Assembly: GCA_973895155.1 (NCBI GenBank)
Contig: OZ316894.1
Coordinates: 248,001-312,000 of the forward strand
Direction: 5' to 3'
Origin: Marsupella aquatica
Taxonomy: Eukaryota > Plantae > Marchantiophyta
DNA length: 64,000 nucleotides
The notes beneath the pieces are model-generated. The model saw only the letters and a program-made list of their open reading frames with translations. It was not told the origin of the DNA and ran no database searches. Position 1 is the first letter of the stretch, and each line of letters opens with the position of its first letter. Positions 60,883 through 64,000 of this stretch are shown here, in pieces. The translations under genes were made by a program, and so were the position numbers.

Positions 60883-61552
60883 TAGGGGCCGAAACTTCCG
60901 TATAGGTCGTTCAATATAACGGATAGTCACTATTTTGTCTTTACCGAACGGATATGTTACTTGTTTTATTCAGTATTTTTTGGTTAGCGCCGGGTGCTGC
61001 TTCCAAAAATCTTATTTTTCTTGCTTTTTTATGTACGCGTGTAGTGTAAGCATTACAACATGTTTTATTTAAAATGTGTAAGTTGATATCATTATGTTTT
61101 ATCTTTCAAGCCACGTTTATTCAATTATTCTGAAATGAATTGTTAGGTGGTGTTTTGTCATTTGTTTGTCACGGTACTCGGTCCATTTAAGTGAACTCAT
61201 TTTGATTGAGTTCATTTGGACACTACTCTTCACTTGTTTTGTGGTGGGTCCCACCCTAAGGTTCACTTTTTAGCTTGGACGAATAGTGATATTTGAATGA
61301 ATGTTTCATTGAGTATAGTCCCCATACCGTGTTATTTATATACCCTAAATAATTGTTTGTTTTAAACCTAATTCACTAAAGAAAAATTCTGTGATTAGCG
61401 TAGTTTTTCATTCGGACCAAAGGGCTATGGTTGATGCAAAACTGGTAACAGGGAATCGCTTATTGGTAACAGTTAAATTTGACTGTTAACAGCAAAAAAT
61501 TTCCTGGTAACAGGTTTTCTGTTTTATGTTTTCTGTCATGGCTATCATACCC

Positions 61553-61880
61553 TCTTTTTTGGCAGTATGTATGCGTCTGACATCCGGACTTATCGGGGAA
61601 AAATGACAAAATTCATTTATGGCGCCAACGGATCGTATGTCAACTATGTTTTATGTCTTATACAAACGGATCTGTTAACGTGAAGTTCCCAGGTTCGACT
61701 AATATAAGCTCCATATTCCCATAGAGTTTTCTTCCTAGAAACATTACAACCCTCGTTATTTGTTTTCGATTGCAATGTCTCGGTCCATCGTTCTATCCCG
61801 ATTCGAGACTGGGGATATTGTGACCATCCCCGTCCCTGTGGAAGACACGTACAAGCAGGTCCGGGAGAGATACCTTTGCG
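61553..61880 (+). mobile_element. Continuation of the outer Mutator-like copy (promoter right half and transposase 5' end), truncated
   Basis: Duplicates 56928-57255. Confidence 0.88.
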
Positions 61881-61919
61881 ATCAGCCTATTCATTAAAAG
61901 TGTATTATTATTTGATTTA

Positions 61920-62242
61920 TGTACATTTGGGCAATGAAAAGTGTACTTTTGGGCTTGGAAAAGTGTACATTTGGCCAATGAAAAGTGTACATTTGGGGAT
62001 AGAAAAGTGTACAATTGGCCTAAAGAGTGTACATTTGGGCAATGAAAAGTGTATATTTGAACATCAAAATAGGTACATTTGGCTTTAAAAATGTACATTT
62101 GAGTACATTTGGCCTAGAAAGTGTACATTTGAGTGAAAGAAACATACATTTGGCTTAAAAAATGTACATTTAAGTGCATTTGGTCTAGAAAGTGTAACTT
62201 TGAGTGCAACAAAGTGTACATTTGGCCTAAAAAGTGTACATT
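61920..62242. repeat. Degenerate ~21-bp tandem repeat (AAAGTGTACATTTGG core)
   Basis: About 15 TGTACA-centred units; probably subterminal repeats of the adjacent DNA transposon. Confidence 0.85.
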
Positions 62243-62550
62243 TTCCTACCAACTCTTATTATAATCATTTAAAAGAAAGAACTGAATAGAAAAATATTTT
62301 TAATTATGCAAAAAAGCAAACATTCATATTCATAACGATCAAAAGTTTAGAAAATGAGGAGATAGTATAACTAACACTCAATGGCATGGTCTCACAGTAA
62401 AACTATTAGAATAGTAAATAACTAGTACGTAAGTTACTATGTTTGAATGAGTGACTATCTTACATAAAAACTAGTCACTATCTATTTAATTATTATAGCT
62501 TCTAACAACTAAGTCTACTTGTCCATCCTTTGAAGATAACTTTGGACAGT

Positions 62551-64000
62551 TTATAGAACATTTCGAGGAATCTTCAAACCTCTGGCCGCCATGTTTTCTT
62601 CTTTCATTCCAGATTTAAAACCATACATTGCAGAATTTGCATACTGCCAATGTTGAGCGTTCTCACTAAACCCTGGATCTCGTTCCCATGTCTTAGTGGA
62701 CATGAAGCAGTTTAGATATCGTGCACTCTCAGTCACATCAAGTTTAGAGTGTTTAGGCCTCCACCATTCGACTGGAAACATTGGAGCATATTTTTGAGGC
62801 AGAGGAGGGTTTGTTGGAGATGTAGTTGGGACTTCATGCTTAGGGTCCACCAAACCCAAAGCTCTCACCAACCAGAAATGACCTCCACCATTTTTATTCT
62901 CCCAGTCATCCTTGGGTCGAAGAAATACAAAGTTCCCTTCACGAATATCCTGTAGGGGAATCCACCGTCCTTGTTCTCTCTCAGCTCAAGATCCAACAAA
63001 TGGTGCTGCTTGATCTTCCATCTCTTCCAAGACCTCATTTTGAAGAGCCGTCATCTCTGCATTCTCCTCATCTTCACTTGGAGGACTACTTTGTTCCGGT
63101 TGGTTGACCTTGTAACCAGTGCCGTGGTTAGTCTTAGGCCAAAATCCATTTTTCAAGGGAAATTGAGTACTTCCCTCCCCTTCTAGTGCGAGCCCATTTG
63201 TCAACAACTCCACAATTCTCTCCCAATATTTCACAAGAGGAAATCTTTCCTTATATGCTATAGATGTCTCATCAGTGCAACTCCTTCTCAAAAAATCAAG
63301 GTACTTGTTAAGAAATGGGATAATCTCTTCAGATTTTTTGTGTATCTCTCCAATGGATTTAGCTAAGGGCTCTCCACTAGGTAAAAGAAGAGAATTTGTT
63401 GTCAGATCTGTTGCCCAAATGCACCTTCCTCCAACTGGAGCCCAAGCTTGCTTTACATGGGACTTATATTGAAATATTGGTACATTATCTCTCATAGAGA
63501 AAAGAAATGACACGGGTTTTGAGTGACCTTGAATATCTTTAACTTTGAAAGTTTGAAGATATTCTTTGTAAGATGCAACTTCTTGTATCAATCTAGAAAC
63601 TGGATGAATGCTCTCACATTCCCAAACCTCTGCCATAAGAGCAAGGAGAGTTGCAACTTCCTTGTGCTGAACTTGATATGATACCTTCAAAAAGAGTGCA
63701 TCAACATCTTCGTGCATATGACCAACCATTAGAAAAGACATTTGAACAGTTTCAAATACTCCTCTACTCACAAGCTCACTACAAAATGCCATGACAGTCT
63801 GGTTTTTGTTATCCTTTGCTGAGTTATCCATTTGTAGTGTTAGGTGCCTTGGCAAGGGCTTGGAAGATGGACTGCCTTGTTCCCCATGCATGTCCCCTCC
63901 TTGATCCTCACCATGTTGGGTGGAGACCGTCTCCGTTTGACTCTCGGCTGCATCTTCAGAACCAATATACCTATTCATTGGAATACTTGATCTTTGGTTC
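62551..64000 (-). pseudogene. Sola-like DDE transposase fragment (frameshift near 62980; runs off the window)
   Basis: LTLQMDNSAKDNKN...VFETVQMSFLMVGHMHEDVDALF. Confidence 0.65.

Larger units (their letters stand above)
45863..61552. mobile_element. Complete Mutator-like DNA transposon with degenerate TIRs (~11 kb without the nested solo LTR), three genes
   Basis: 9-bp TSD TCTTTTTTG at 45854-45862 and 61553-61561; ends GGGAATTTAC...ATCATACCC; joining the flanks rebuilds the sequence seen at 56921-56950. Confidence 0.88.

Noticed and set aside
2985-60999. Palindromes as a CRISPR array or terminators
   Set aside because: Irregular spacing from tens to thousands of bp, no constant spacer length, no cas genes, no U-tracts, eukaryotic context
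2792-61552. One giant transposon bounded by the similar CCATGACAG ends
   Set aside because: No shared TSD; 61552 already pairs with 45863 through a perfect TSD; both are right-hand ends of different copies

Overview
Repeat-rich eukaryotic DNA from an early-diverging land plant, probably a moss judging by the PPR protein. There is one clear host gene, an intronless PLS-E-DYW RNA-editing PPR (28722-32192, minus strand), surrounded by nested transposons. (1) A Mutator-like DNA transposon family with only degenerate terminal repeats is present as five pieces. One copy is complete (45863-61552, 9-bp TSD TCTTTTTTG, GGG...CCC ends). It encodes a SWIM-finger MULE transposase, a divergently transcribed spliced gene joining a ParB/Srx-like DGNHR domain to a beta-class N6A/N4C DNA-methyltransferase-like domain, and a small conserved third ORF. 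Its introns and intergenic DNA carry about 29 copies of the palindrome TAGCGC-NNN-GCGCTA. Together this suggests a parS/ParB-like or VANC-like self-recognition system. (2) A non-chromoviral Ty3/gypsy family with a tRNA-Asn PBS has ~4.65-kb LTRs that themselves contain a ~1200-aa ORF (plant-mobile-domain-like core plus coiled coil). The ORF is intact in a TSD-flanked solo LTR, and a second LTR family has the same design. The first family has inserted three times into one ~290-bp stretch of the ParB-MTase gene. The window also holds a MITE, two smaller solo-LTR candidates, a 3x411-bp tandem repeat and a Sola-like transposase fragment. All domain calls come from motif recognition by eye; no searches were run.
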